From NCBI RefSeq assembly GCF_009914755.1, contig NC_060939.1: a stretch of 64,000 bases of DNA. The stretch is one strand, 5' to 3'. The notes below the pieces were generated by a model that saw nothing but the letters and a program-made list of their open reading frames with translations, was not told the origin of the DNA and ran no database searches. Both the position numbers and the translations under genes were made by a program. Shown here one piece after another: positions 43,410-57,820 of this stretch. This DNA is from the human T2T-CHM13v2.0 reference genome, Homo sapiens. Each line of letters opens with the position of its first letter. Position 1 is the first letter of the stretch.

Positions 43410-44226
43410 TAACCTTATTTTAACAGTTCAAAAAATTGGCAGCAATCGAAACCTCACAAAATAGTTGCGCACATACAGTAAAAAGAGCTTTTGTTTCCCT
43501 GAACCATTTGAAAATAAACAGCCAACCTGGCACCCCATCACCCTGGAAAGTTCTTGCTCATTTTCTATGAACAGAACATCCTCCTACACAACCACCACAC
43601 GGCTACCGACATCAGGAATTCACACAGTTACATGCAATCACCAGACCCCACGTGTGTGTGCCAGCTGTCCCAATAATGCCTTTTAGAACAAAGGTTCCTG
43701 CTCAGGATCAGGTGCTGCATTCAGCGGTGGCGTCTCCTTAGTCTCCTTCACCTGGAACATTTCTCAGGATATCCTTGACTTCCATGACCTTGACATTTTT
43801 GAAGATTACAGGTTGGGTATTTTGTAGAATGTCCTTCATAAGGGTTTCTCTGTTTCCTCACAGTTAGATTGGATTGGGTCAAGCTGAGTCCTTCTTGTGA
43901 CATCTTATCAGGTTGTGTGAACTGCAGATTGTCCCATCACTGGTGAGGTTGTCCCATCACTGGTGAGGTTGACCTGGACCACTCCTTAAGGTCATCTTCC
44001 AGGCCTTGCCCCTGCAGACTACTAATTTTTCGTTTGAAATTAACAAGCATTTTGTGGAGAGGAACTTGAACCTATGCAAATACTCCATTCCTCACCAAAT
44101 CTTTATAGGTTTATTGGTATCACTATGGATTTCTGGTTTTCCATTTTATTCAGTGGGTTATAATCCATTAGTGTGATTATGTGGATGCTCAGATACTCCT
44201 TGATGTGGTCAGTGTGGCTTCTCTAA

Positions 44227-44790
<564 letters not shown>

Positions 44791-45779
44791 TAATTCTATT
44801 TGCAACTTTCTTCACTTACTTTCAGAAAACTTGTTCGTATTCATTCTAAAGCATTTCCTTATTTGATCAGTCTTCCCATATGTCAGCCATCTCCCACCTC
44901 TGCTCCCCATCCGTGAGGTGGCCCTCTTCACCTGTGTGGCTGACATCTGGCTCTGGCCCCTGGTGTCCTCCCATCCCCCACCCACTCCAGATGCCACCTT
45001 GCTTTGCCCCACCTAATGGCTTTAGAACTTACTTTTTCAGCAAGGAAGGAAAGGGAAGTAGAAGAGGAATGTTTTAAATATGTATTGACATGAATACATA
45101 TTCACACATACACACACATATATTTTATGCCAGGTCTAAATGCAGTGCTCCTGGGTGTGCATTTTGAAACACTGCAGGTGATTAGCCTGCCCAGCCACAC
45201 CTGAAAGCCAAGCTGCAGTGCCTGGGGGGTCAAGTGCTTTTGGAAGTTGCTTGTTTGTCCCTGTCACCTAGTATGCGTTGAGTGCCGGCGAGTGAATGGT
45301 TGAACAACATAATGAACAGCACAGGGGGAGAGAATATGGAGTTAAAACCTGCATACTTGGAGAGAGAAATACCCCAGCTAGAAATGTGGAGCACTGTTCC
45401 TTCCCTAATTCAAGGAATGGAGGGGGCAGTGCTGGAAAGAGAGGAGCTGCTCTTGAGTCAGGTACTAATACTGAGAAGCGGGCAGAGCAAGGTGAATGGT
45501 AGCCCTCTCAGGCCTGGGTTCTGAGTCCCATCTTCACTTCCTGGCAGAACACTCTGGGATCTGAGCAGCTACACAGGAGGACCCCCATGGTAACAACAGC
45601 GTGAAGGCTCAGTATTGGGCACCTTTGTACTGGCACAGCATTCTCCTCATGCAAAACTTAAAGCAGGGCCATCATATTTCCAACCAAAAAACCAATAAAT
45701 ATTCATTGAGCACTTACTATACACTGGTGCTGTGAAAGGCACTGCAGAGGCCCTCAGAGAACTCTGCCTTCATGTAACA

Positions 45780-46300
45780 TCTACCAACCTATCCATCCTT
45801 CTTCCTATCTATCTATCCATCCATTCATCCATCTATCCATCTACCCACCCACCCACCCATCTCTCTTCCTTCCCTCCCTCTCTCTCTTCATCCATCCATC
45901 TATTGATCCACCCATCCACTTGTCCATCCATCCATCCATCCATCTGCTGTCTGTGCATCCATCTGTCCATCCATTCATGCCATCCACCCACCCACCCACA
46001 CAACTGTCCACCCAACCACCCATCCACCTGTCCATCCACCCACATGTCCATCTATCCATCCATCCATCCATCTGTCCATCCATTCATCCATCCATGCCAT
46101 CCACCCACCCATACACCTGTCCACCCACCCACCCATCCACCTGTCCATCCACCCACATGTACCTCTATCCATCCATCCATCCATCCATCCACCCACCCAC
46201 CTACGCACGCATCCATCCATGTACTCATCCTTCAATTCTTCCATTCAACCATCTATCTGCCCAAGCACCTACTTGTCTGTCCATTCATCTACCCGTCCTT
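45780..46300. repeat. Degenerate (CCAT/CCAC)n microsatellite
   Basis: ccatccatccacccacccatcc repeats; source of spurious HPSIHP/MDGW ORFs. Confidence 0.95.
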
Positions 46301-46757
46301 CAAGTTCTGTGCTAGGGCAAAGGCATGGAGTTGGACCATGCCCAGCATGGAGCCTCCTGGCAGAACACTCTGGTATTTGAGTAGCTATGCAAGAGGGCCT
46401 CCAAGGTAACAACGGTGCAAAGGTTAAGTATTAGGCACCATTGTACTGGCATGGCATTCTTTTCATGGCTAACTTAAGGCAGGGCCATTTTATTTCAGCA
46501 GCAATGATAGGATGGCGGGCCCAGTTGAGAGGTGATGGAGGACAGCTGGAGCAGAGCAGCCTTTCTCCATTCCAGTTTTGGTGTTGAGCATGGGAGCCAT
46601 GTGAGCAACTGAAACCTGCTCAGTGACCCAGGGGGTGGCGGAGAGGATCCCAGCTCCAGCGGGGGGCAGCCTGAAAATCATAATGATGTTCCCTACTTGC
46701 TTCTGGCTCCTTGTCCAAGACTTAGGGAGGGTCCTGGTTCTATACCAGGAGCCTCAG

Positions 46758-47515
46758 TGTTGAAGGCAGCCAGAGAGCACCTGAGGGTGTAGAGGGTGTA
46801 ACAGAAACAAAACAGCAGAGGTTGCTGCCTGGGCATTAGAAGTAGAACACCACACCCAAAGACCCAAGCTGGTGGCCAGAGATAAGAACTTAGAGGCGAC
46901 TCTCTGCCTAGCAGACTGGGCTTTCCACTTTCCCACCACTTCCTTTAAATGGACCATTCAGACATTTGCCCATGAACTTAAAGTGACCCACATCCTATTC
47001 CCCTATATATATTTCTAGTTGGATCTCTCTGCCTGAATCTTAATCCCTGCCTCAATGTGACCCTGGGATGGAGCACTGCCCTCCCAACTCATGATGGCCT
47101 CCATGCCCAGGATCTATAAGTAAAAACCTTTGAACTTGCTTCCCATTGTGGCGGTGGATTGAATTTGCACCTTCCTTTGGAAGAAGCAGAGGCTACCCCA
47201 GGCCATGTTTTCACCAGACGCCAAGGAGAACACAAGGCTGGTCCCAGCCACAGAGCGATGGTCAGGTAAGAAAAAACTAGACACAGGCCAGACAGGAGCC
47301 ACAAAGCCATCTGCCAGTACAAACAAGCTTCCCATGTGAGGGACATGGGTCATGGGTTAGGCAACCAGGCATTAGGACACCTGCCAGGTAAGAGAAGTAT
47401 CCCATGAAAGGCACACTGTAAACGCCTATGTCCAGGTCCCTTTTCATTTCTCCTTATTGCAGGTTTTCTAGCTGCTCTGGTACTGGAACTCCAATTTAGC
47501 TGGGGGCTCTAAAAT
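46758..47515. mobile_element. Probable solo ERV LTR, family uncertain
   Basis: Starts TGTTG, with TATA-like cctatatata and agtaaaaacctttgaact signals; LTR-like composition only. Confidence 0.4.
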
Positions 47516-48426
47516 GAAGGGCAAACAAGATCTTATCTGGGACGAGAGTTTGGAACTGTGACCTGCACTCTGTGACCAGAGCCCATTGGTAGAAATCAGT
47601 TTCAGAAAAACCAATTCTGAAAATTCACTCCCACTTTTAGCCCTGAGACTTCATGTCTTCTTCTTGTGAGTTTGCTGAGCAAATGCGAGATCTGGGATTG
47701 TGGGGAGAATCTGGCCACTGGGCAAAGACATAACAATTCCTAAAATGCTTAAAAATCAGTGCTTACTGCAAAGAAGACTGACATGCAATATAATGACTTC
47801 ATCCTCCAAGATGTGCATGTCCTGAGAACTTCCTAACATGCTTTGGGCCCCACACACTGAGTTCTCCAGGGCACCTACATCTGCTTCTCCAGTGGGTACT
47901 TGAGGAGGGAGAATTTCCAGGGTTAGGGATATACCGTCTACCCAATGAAAACACCCTGAGAAAGATGGGGGTGGGCAGAGGCTGAGGAGTCCCTCCTGGC
48001 AGGACCAAGAAGCAAAGGTCATGGAGCAAGGTCCAGATGGTATCTCAGGCCCCAGGGAACAGTTTGGGGGCACCCTGGCTTAAGCTGTAGCCACCATCCT
48101 TGGAGACCATCCTCGGCAAGAGCGCGTGTCATAGATAAGGAAGCCAGTCTGGGGCCGGCAGGTCTTGTTAAAGGGCAGTCACCCAGCCACCCAGACGGAG
48201 AGCCTGGATGAAGCCTCCCAGGTCCCTCCCCATATCCCCTCCTCCAGATGGGGTGTCCACACCTCCTGTTTTGCTTGGGAAAGTCCTGTTCACACATCCC
48301 AAGTGGTTAGTGCCCACTTTCCTTCCCCCAAATGAACCAGTTTGGATGATAAATTGTAGTCACCTCACCTATGGGGACATAGGTGTTGGTTTTTGGTGTA
48401 CCCTTCCATAAAAAAAGTAAGTGCAA

Positions 48427-48811
<385 letters not shown>

Positions 48812-49353
48812 TTATACTCACTAGTCCAACCACTGCCTTTTCCTCCTCCTGATGCATCCTGAGACACCCACAGCACAGTAGGTGGGGATGGTCCTTACTC
48901 CTTTTCACAGGTGCAAGGTTCTCCTCATGCACAGATCTCATGGGCAGCATTTCTGAGAGGTGTGCCTCAACCCCTCTCTCAGGTAGGGCCCTGCACAGCA
49001 GAGCCAGTCTGAGGAGGCTCAAGGGGCTGAACCCAGCCTATGTCCTGCTGTGGGCCTTTGCCCCTGGTCAAGGACTGTGCCTGCCCAGACAGGCACCTTT
49101 TACAAAAGACTCTCCAAAGGCACAGTACAGGCTAGCAGGGACTCTGCTAAGAGCTATGGCCTGGGAAGCTGAGATGGAAGGACGGGGGCCTCCCAGTGCT
49201 TCGAAGGGACTGAATGGATCTTAGGCTCTGAAAGACCTTCTAGCAGTGGCCAGTGTGGCTTGAGGAACAAGACTTATTGCTTAGGATCAATAAGCTGAGG
49301 TCAGTCATGTGACAAATAGTTACTGATTATCCACTACAGGTCTAGCACTGTGC

Positions 49354-49377
49354 TGTGTGTGTGTGTGTGTGTGTGTG
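49354..49377. repeat. (TG)n microsatellite
   Basis: About 12 TG units. Confidence 0.9.
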
Positions 49378-49471
49378 CACGCACGCGCACTCACACTTGC
49401 CCATGTGTGCCCATGAATGCAGGTTTAGGTAGGGAGAGATACTAACACATGATCAAATAAGAAATTATCAG

Positions 49472-51528
49472 TTATTTTTCTGCATCTATCAAGATGATCA
49501 TATGGTTTTTGTTCTTAATTCTGTTTACGTGATATATCACATTCATTGATTTGTGTATGTTGAATCATCCTTGCATTCCTGGGATAAATCCCACCTGATT
49601 ATGGTGTATTATCTTTTCGATGTCCTGTTAGATTTGATTTGCTAGTATTTTGTCAAGGATTTCTGCATTCAATACAATTCAGCATCACTTCATGATGAAA
49701 ATCCTCAACAAACTAGGCATAGAAAGAACATACCTCAACATAATAAAGGTCTTCTATGACAAACCCACAGCTAACAGCATACTTAATGGGGAAAAGTTGA
49801 AAGCTTTTCCTCTAAGGACTGGAACAAGATGAGGATGCCCACTTTTACCACTGTTATTCAACATAGTACTGGAAGTACCCACAGCGCAGTCAGGCAAGAG
49901 AAAAAAACAAAAGGCATCCAAATTGGAAAAGAAGGAGTCAGATCATCCCTGTTTGCTAGTGATATGATTTTATAATTAGAAAACCATAAAGACTCTACCA
50001 AAAACCTGTTATATTTGATACACAAATTTAGTAAAGTTTCAGGATACAACATTAACATAATGAAAGCAGTAGCATTTCTATATACCAGTAACAATCTAGC
50101 TGAGGACTAAATCAAGAAGGCAATCCCATTTAAATTAGCTACAAAAATATCGAGGAATATATTTAACCAGGGATGTGAAAGATCTCTATAAGGAGGACTA
50201 CAAAATGCTGAAGAAAAAAATTGTCAATGACACAAATGAATGGAAAAACATCCCATGCTCATGGATTCCAAGAATCAACATCATTAAAATGACTATATTG
50301 CTACAGTAATCTACAGATTCAATACAATCCCTATCAAGTTACCAATGTCATTTTTCACAGGATTATAAAAAACAATAAATTTCATATGGAACTAAAAAGG
50401 AGCCTGTCTAGCCAACGGAATCCTAAGCAAAAAGAACAAAGCTGAAGGATAACATCATCTAATTTCAAATTGTACTACAAGGTTATAGTAAACAAAACAG
50501 TATGGTATTGGTACAAAAACAGACACATAGATCAATGGAACAGAATACATAACCTATAAATGAAGCCACATACTTATAACCAACTGATCTTCAACAACAC
50601 CAACAAAAATATACACTGGGGAAATGACACTATTCATTTTGCGTCATTCACTATTTAGTGTTGGGAAAATTGCATAGCGATATGCAGAAGAATGAGATTG
50701 GACCCACACTTCTCACCATATATAAAAATTAACTCAAAATGGATTAAAGACCTAAATGTAAGACCTGAAACTATAAACATTCTACAAGGAAACCTATGTA
50801 AAACTCTTTTGGACATTGGCCTATGCAAATAATTTATGACCAAGTCTTCAAAAGCAAATGTAACAAAAACAAAAATAGATGTTGGTGAGGATATAATGAA
50901 AAGGGAACACATGCTGTTGGTAGGAATGTAAATTCATACAACCTTTATGGAAAACAGTGTGGAGATTTCTCAAAGAACTAAAAATAGAACTACCACTCAA
51001 TCCAGCAATCCCACTACTAGGTATATACCCAAAGGGAAATGAATCATTCTATCAAAAAGATACCTGCATGTTTACTCTAACACTATTCACAATGGCAAAA
51101 AGATAGAAACCACCTAAGTGTCCATCAACGTAGGATTAGATAAAGAAAATGTATATATATACCATGGAATATGACTCAGCCATAAAAAAGAATGGAATCC
51201 TGTCTTTTGCAGCAACATGGATGGATATGGAAGCGATTATCCTCAGTGATATAACTCAGAAACAGAAAGTCAAATACTGCATGTTCTCACTTATAGCTGG
51301 GGGCTAAACAACGCGTACATATGGACAGGCAGAATGGAATAACAGACACTGGAAGCCATGACAGGCCGGAGGGTTCGCGGGGGTGAGGACTGAAAAATTA
51401 CAATGTTCACTACTTGGGTAATGGGTACGCTAAAATCCCAGACTTTACCACAATGCAATATTTGCATGTAAGAAACCTGCACTTGTATCCCCTAAACATA
51501 TTTAAATAAATAATAAAATAATAAAAAA
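49472..51528 (+). mobile_element. 5'-truncated, 5'-inverted L1 (L1PB/L1MA-like): ORF2 RT region to poly(A)
   Basis: 49474-49666 is reverse-strand ORF2; the forward part starts ~49667 at the adjacent L1 position. 3' UTR and aataa tail at ~51505-51528. Confidence 0.88.
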
Positions 51529-52357
51529 CTCTCAGTAGAGTGATAAAAGGTGGATTCTTTAGACAGGAAGATCAGAGAAGGCTCCTACTTGAGAACCATC
51601 CCTAGATAGTCAACTTTGGTCTTATTTTCAATTAGAAATGTCTTTAAAAATTTGAGCCGGGTCCCACATCTGCAAAGTGAGGACACCTTACGTTAGCAGA
51701 TGCTCTTTCTGCTTGGTCTGCTGGTGGAAGTCATGGCACCTTCAGGAATACACATAAGAATGCCTCCTTTCCTTCACAAGGCCAGCCCATGGCCCGGGAG
51801 CACCAGGCTGTGGTGTGGGCATCTCCCAGGAATAAAATGCCTCTTGCTTTTCCTCAAAAGACTGACTGAAATTGACAACTCTCAGACTGTGTGCTAGGAA
51901 GTCACTTGGGATTCTAGCTACTTCCGAAAAAAGCTAATAAAAAGAAATGCAGCAAACACATTGTCAGTGAAATTTCAGAAACTCAACTACAAAGAGAAAG
52001 CAGAGAGGTTAGCATGTGAGAAAAGTAAGGACCTAGACAGAAGATGCCCCCGGGGGCTGCCAGAGGGTCCCCCAAACGGTCCCTCTTGCTCTGCTCTCTT
52101 CTCCTCTTTGTCTGTCGGACTGGCCTCTCAGCTTCCACTTAGCCCTTCTCATCAAACAGAAAACAAATAAGTAGTTCTTTTAAAAGTTTAAAGAACAAAA
52201 ATGATTATTTTCACCATAGTCAAGATAAGTTGTTGATTCCTACTCCTCATGCCTGGTCTGCATTTGTCAAGAGTGTGGGCTTAGGTTTCTTTGGTCAGTT
52301 CTAAGTTCAGGTTCTGGCTTTGTGTCTTTCAGGCTGTGGGACATTGGAAGCTAACCT

Positions 52358-52796
52358 GTGATGGTTAGATAGCTGGTTAAACGTTATTTCTGCATGTGTC
52401 TGTGAGGGCATTTTGGGTGAGATTAGCATTTGAATTGCTGGAGAGCAGAAAGCAGAGGGCTTTCACCAATATGGGTGGGGCTCATCTGATCTATTCATGA
52501 TGGGAACAAAACAGTGGCGGAGGGCGGAATAACCAAACCTGTTTGAGCTGGGACATGGACTTTCTGCCCTCAGCACTCCTGGTTCTCAGGCCTTCAGATT
52601 CAGACTGGATCCACACCATCAGTTCTCCAGCTCTTGGGCCTTCGTGTTACACCACTGGCTTTCCTGGGTCTCCAGCTGGCACATGCCAGATCGTGGGAAT
52701 TCTCAGACACCATAATCACGTGAGCCAATACCTACATTAGATCTCTTTATATGTATGTCTTTTATTGGTTCTGTTTCTCTGGAGAACCCTAATACA
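52358..52796 (+). mobile_element. MLT2-type solo LTR
   Basis: tgtgatggtta...gagattagcatttgaat...ggttctcaggccttcag...ttggttctgtttctctggagaaccctaataca. Confidence 0.8.
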
Positions 52797-55700
52797 TTAT
52801 CTAATTCTCTGAATCTCAGCCTCCTTCTCTGTGATTGGTGATGATAATGACAGCTCATAGGCCTGCCTGACACATAACATGGGCTCAGTAGATGACACTG
52901 TTCACATTCCCATCTGACCTCACTAATCCCTCCCCAAGCCCTAGGGAAGGCCTGGTTCTTCCACGTGGCCGGGGCCTGGCCACTGTGAGTCCTCCTGGGA
53001 GGCACAGTGAGAGGAAGCAGGTCTAGCTCACACCCACACCTGGTCTCTGGTCCCTGCTGACCTCTTCAGATACGTGACATAGTTGCTTTCTGGGAAAGTA
53101 ACAAGTTTAAAATGACTCCAGGCCATCATCTGTGTCAAGGACCAATAGTACAGGGGCTGCCCCATCTGTCTCCATACCAGGGGCTCCCAGAGCAGGATGC
53201 AGGGCCCGCACTGCACCCTTTACCCTCATCCGTGGGGAACAGGTTCTGGGAAACCCAGGCTGGGATGAATAAAGCCACCTTAGTTCTTCTCGCCATCATG
53301 CCTGCAAACTCTCCCTTGACTTGCTCTTTCCTATTCCCGGGTGGCACCCTGGAAATTTTGTGTGGTTCTTCTGGTTACTTTCCTGTGCAGGGGGCTATCA
53401 GCCCCAAGCTTGAGCCTCCTGAAAGACTGGGTTAGCTTCCAGCTGGCTTCTCTGTTTCACCTTTTGCCTCCTCCCCTTCTCTGGCTGCTGTCTGTGTCCC
53501 CTGTGGGGCCGGCACAGGCAGGGAGGAGGGGCAGGAGGGTGGCAAAGTCTTTCTTGCTGTCTTCCTTCAGGGCCCGCTGGGCTCGCTGGAGGTCCCAGTG
53601 CTGACCTGCTGTCTGAGGAAGTGCTTTTTTTGGGTCTTCAGAGCTCTCTGCCAGTTGAGGGGCTGTGTCCTTAGGTCCCTGGGCTGCAGTGGTGGCTCCT
53701 CTCACTGACTACTCGTGTCCACCCTCAGCCCTGGCCTCAGGGGCTGGTCTTCTGTGTGGTCCCCACCATAGATGAGTCCTGAAGCCAGCCCGCTTGGGGC
53801 CTCCTCCCTGAATCCATGCCTGGACCTCGGGCAGCTCGCAGCATCCTGGCCTTACATCCCCTACGGCCCCATGTCCTGGCCTGTACAGCCCACCACAGCC
53901 CTGTGAACCCTGAGCTCGCCAGTTTCTGCCTTCAGGTGCTTCAGTCAGGTGTCAGAAACTCAACCCTGCAGCCCTCAAGCCCCAGAGATGATGCCCTACA
54001 CCTCTCAGCTCAACATGGGGAGAGAAGACACAGGCAAAAGGCAGAGCAACTGTGCTTGTGCACAAAGGCCTCTCTTGTGGACTCTGAACCCCAAGTGAAT
54101 TCTTGGAGCAGGTGAGCTCTGGAGCACCCTGTTGGCGAGTCCTGCACAGCTGCACGGGTGCCTTGCTGAGGCGCTCTCTGTCCGTTACCCCAGTCCATGG
54201 GACTCAGCCAAAACTCCCCATTCCCAGGAAAATGTTTTATGCCTGGTTCCAAAGGCCTCCCTCCTTGACTGGCCATGCAAAGGTTCCAGGTAACCCAAGG
54301 AGGCATCTGGCTACAGAAGCAACTCTGTTTGGTAGATTCCTATTGCATATGCTCTGTCCTCTTCTGAGTTTTTTGTTTTTTTTTTTCCCTTTTTCTTTCT
54401 CCACTGGAAACACCTGTTGCTGAAACCCTAGAAATGCCTCCTGCATCACTGGCACAGGATTCTGACCTGAGCATCAGTGGCATCTGTGGGGACCAGGTGG
54501 CTGTGTCCTTTCTACAGACTGCTGTATTTGAGGGATTTTGTTAGGCTGTAGAGCCTGGTCAAAAGAGGAGACTTAATGATCAGACCAAATTTTGACTTTT
54601 TGGCTCCTTCCATTTATCATTTTTGTGGGGTCTTGGAACAGTTACCTAATCCCATTGAGGCTCAGTTTTTGAATCTGTGGAAGGGGTACTGGAGGCTTGT
54701 GAGGCAGAGTTTGAAAGGAGGGGAGAGAGTGCCTAGCACAGGGCCCTCTTATGGTCTCCCCGACCCCACCCCACCCCACCTGTGCTCGCCTCCCTCCTTC
54801 CGTTCCCCCAACACCACCCATACCTTCCTGCCTCATCTCTCCATTCTTTCCTGATGGGGTCACTCCCATCCACCCTTGGTTGTTTAGTTTCCCCTCTCTG
54901 GCCATTCCCCGGGTTCTTCCTTCTCTTTTGTGATGTGGCAGCCAGAACTATGGCTCCCAGGGGCAGGGGACCAGGCTATCCTACATAAATGGGACAATGT
55001 CTGGGCCATTTTGGATATTCCTAAAGGGACCTAATCCTTTTGTTAGATTAAGGTTGATCACTCAGACTCTGTGGGAGATAGGGACAGACACCAAGTGGCC
55101 CCTGTGTCCCCATTAGCATCTGAATCCCTCGGGCCCCAGGGAGCAGGCAGCAGGGTACCAGACTGTGGCCTTAGGAGTCAGATGGGCTGACTAGCCATGA
55201 GACCTTGGGCGAAGCTCCTCCTGGATGGGGGTACTCAGGAGATGTGTATGTGATGGTCACCTGTGATTGATTTTCACCCACTATCAAAGTCATCATTGCT
55301 GCTGTCTTTCCCCACTCCTCCCTGTCCCTGGCAGAGACACCTGGCCTGGATCCAGTCTGCCAGCACCTATCAGGCGTCCTCCCTGTGGCAGGAGGGAGAG
55401 AGGCAACTGTGAAAACGATGTCGAGGAACACTTAAGACCCATCACAGGCAGGACTCGGGAGGCGTGCAGAGGAAGAGAGCAGTTTTCCACAGTCGACTGA
55501 GTCTTCAGAATGCTTGTCCTCAAATGTCCTGCCAAGATAGACTGTTGGTATGGACATAACATAGCCTTAAAACACAGTGACAAGACAGCCCTGGAGGAAG
55601 GGTGTGCCAGCGTATGTGGGTTTCTAATGATTTCATCTTCAAACATGGTCTTGGACGCCACTGCTGCAGCTGCAGCTCTGTGGGAGCCTCTTTTCCAGCC

Positions 55701-56582
55701 GGGGCCTCCAGGGAGAGCTGGCCCATGAGGCACTAGGCCCTGCCTTGGTGGGTGGGTGAGGACCCAGTTGCCCGCTGCAGGGCCCATGAGCCTGAGGGCA
55801 GCCTGGAGCTGCATGCAATCCTCCTTCCATGGGTCTCCCTGGTGTTACTGCTCACACTTTCTCATGTTTGGCTGAGACCTTCTCTAGGAGCAACACCTTT
55901 GCTTTCAGGTTCCAGAGAATATGAACTGAAGAATAAGCCGCGGCCAAGGCTCTATGGCTGCCCCACTGGTCTGGCCACGGTCTTCATTCCATACTAGAAC
56001 ATCCAAGGTGTTTCTGTAGGAACAAGCTATTCCTAAACATGCACAGATGTGAAGTCTTTTTGCTGGGAACACATATAATATCCATGGAGCCCATCTGGGA
56101 AACACCAGGCTAGCTTAATGAGCTTCTGCTTTCAGGGCAACTTCTTGAAGCCACAAATTAATTAGTTGGGGGAGAAAACCCAAACTTCAGAGCCAGGTTC
56201 GTGCGATGGCAATGTGTGGGAATGCTCACCATCACGTGTGACCTCCAGAGGCCTGCTGTGCCCTGAAGGCGCACACCCCAACTGTTGTGCACAATAAAGT
56301 TCAAGGAAAGTGGCCTGGAGGCAGCTCATGTGAGCTCACCTCTGCCTGCATAGTGCATGTGGGGGCTGCATACCCTTCCACTAGCACCTGGCGGGGCCAG
56401 CCATCACCCACGGTCCTCCCGTGCGTCCTTGTCTTGAAGCTAATGCTGGAAAGCTGGAATCTTTCTGTCTTCCACAGCACAAGAGTCCCACATTCCCCCC
56501 CGTGCCATCCCCCCATGCTGTGTGTAGCCCTGGGTGGCCTGGAGCTGGAGGTGACTTCTGGGGAGAGCAGGGGCAGCACTTA

Positions 56583-56756
<174 letters not shown>

Positions 56757-57313
56757 TCACCCTCCCAATCTGGACCAGCCTCACCGGGACCCAGGCCAGG
56801 CACATCTGTAGGTAGCTACCAACTATACCAACTGCACCCTCTTGGCCACCTTTGCTATGCACAATATATTTTCAGAAGCCCCAAGCTCTAATTCCAGAGC
56901 TGCTGGGAATCTGCCCACCAACAAGGGTCATTCTCAGGGGCTGGGGATGACCGAGCATTAACCTGTGCCTGCACCTAACTGGGGCTGGCCGTTCAGATTC
57001 TTCTAGGAGAGCAAGGTCCTCATGTTTACCATGGTTGGGGACAATCGGGAATCCCTTTGGACTGAGCTCACACACAGGGGCTGGGGCCATGGGCTGCACC
57101 TGACAGCAGGCAGTCATATATATAATTCATCATCCAAGCCAGGATGCTTTTGGGAATGAAGGTAGGCAGCTTTCATGATTATGCCTTAAGGAAGCACAAG
57201 TGGACGCATAGTTGCTGTCTGCCGGGACTCTGCTATTTTAACAGGCTCCTCCTCTGTGGGCTTAAAAGCAGGAGACTTTCCTGATCCCAGGGGCTGTTTC
57301 TGCCTTCCCCTCA

Positions 57314-57820
<507 letters not shown>

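Noticed and set aside
45732-46409. HPSIHP- and MDGW-rich ORFs (also 58094..58432)
   Set aside because: Translations of (CCAT)n microsatellites.
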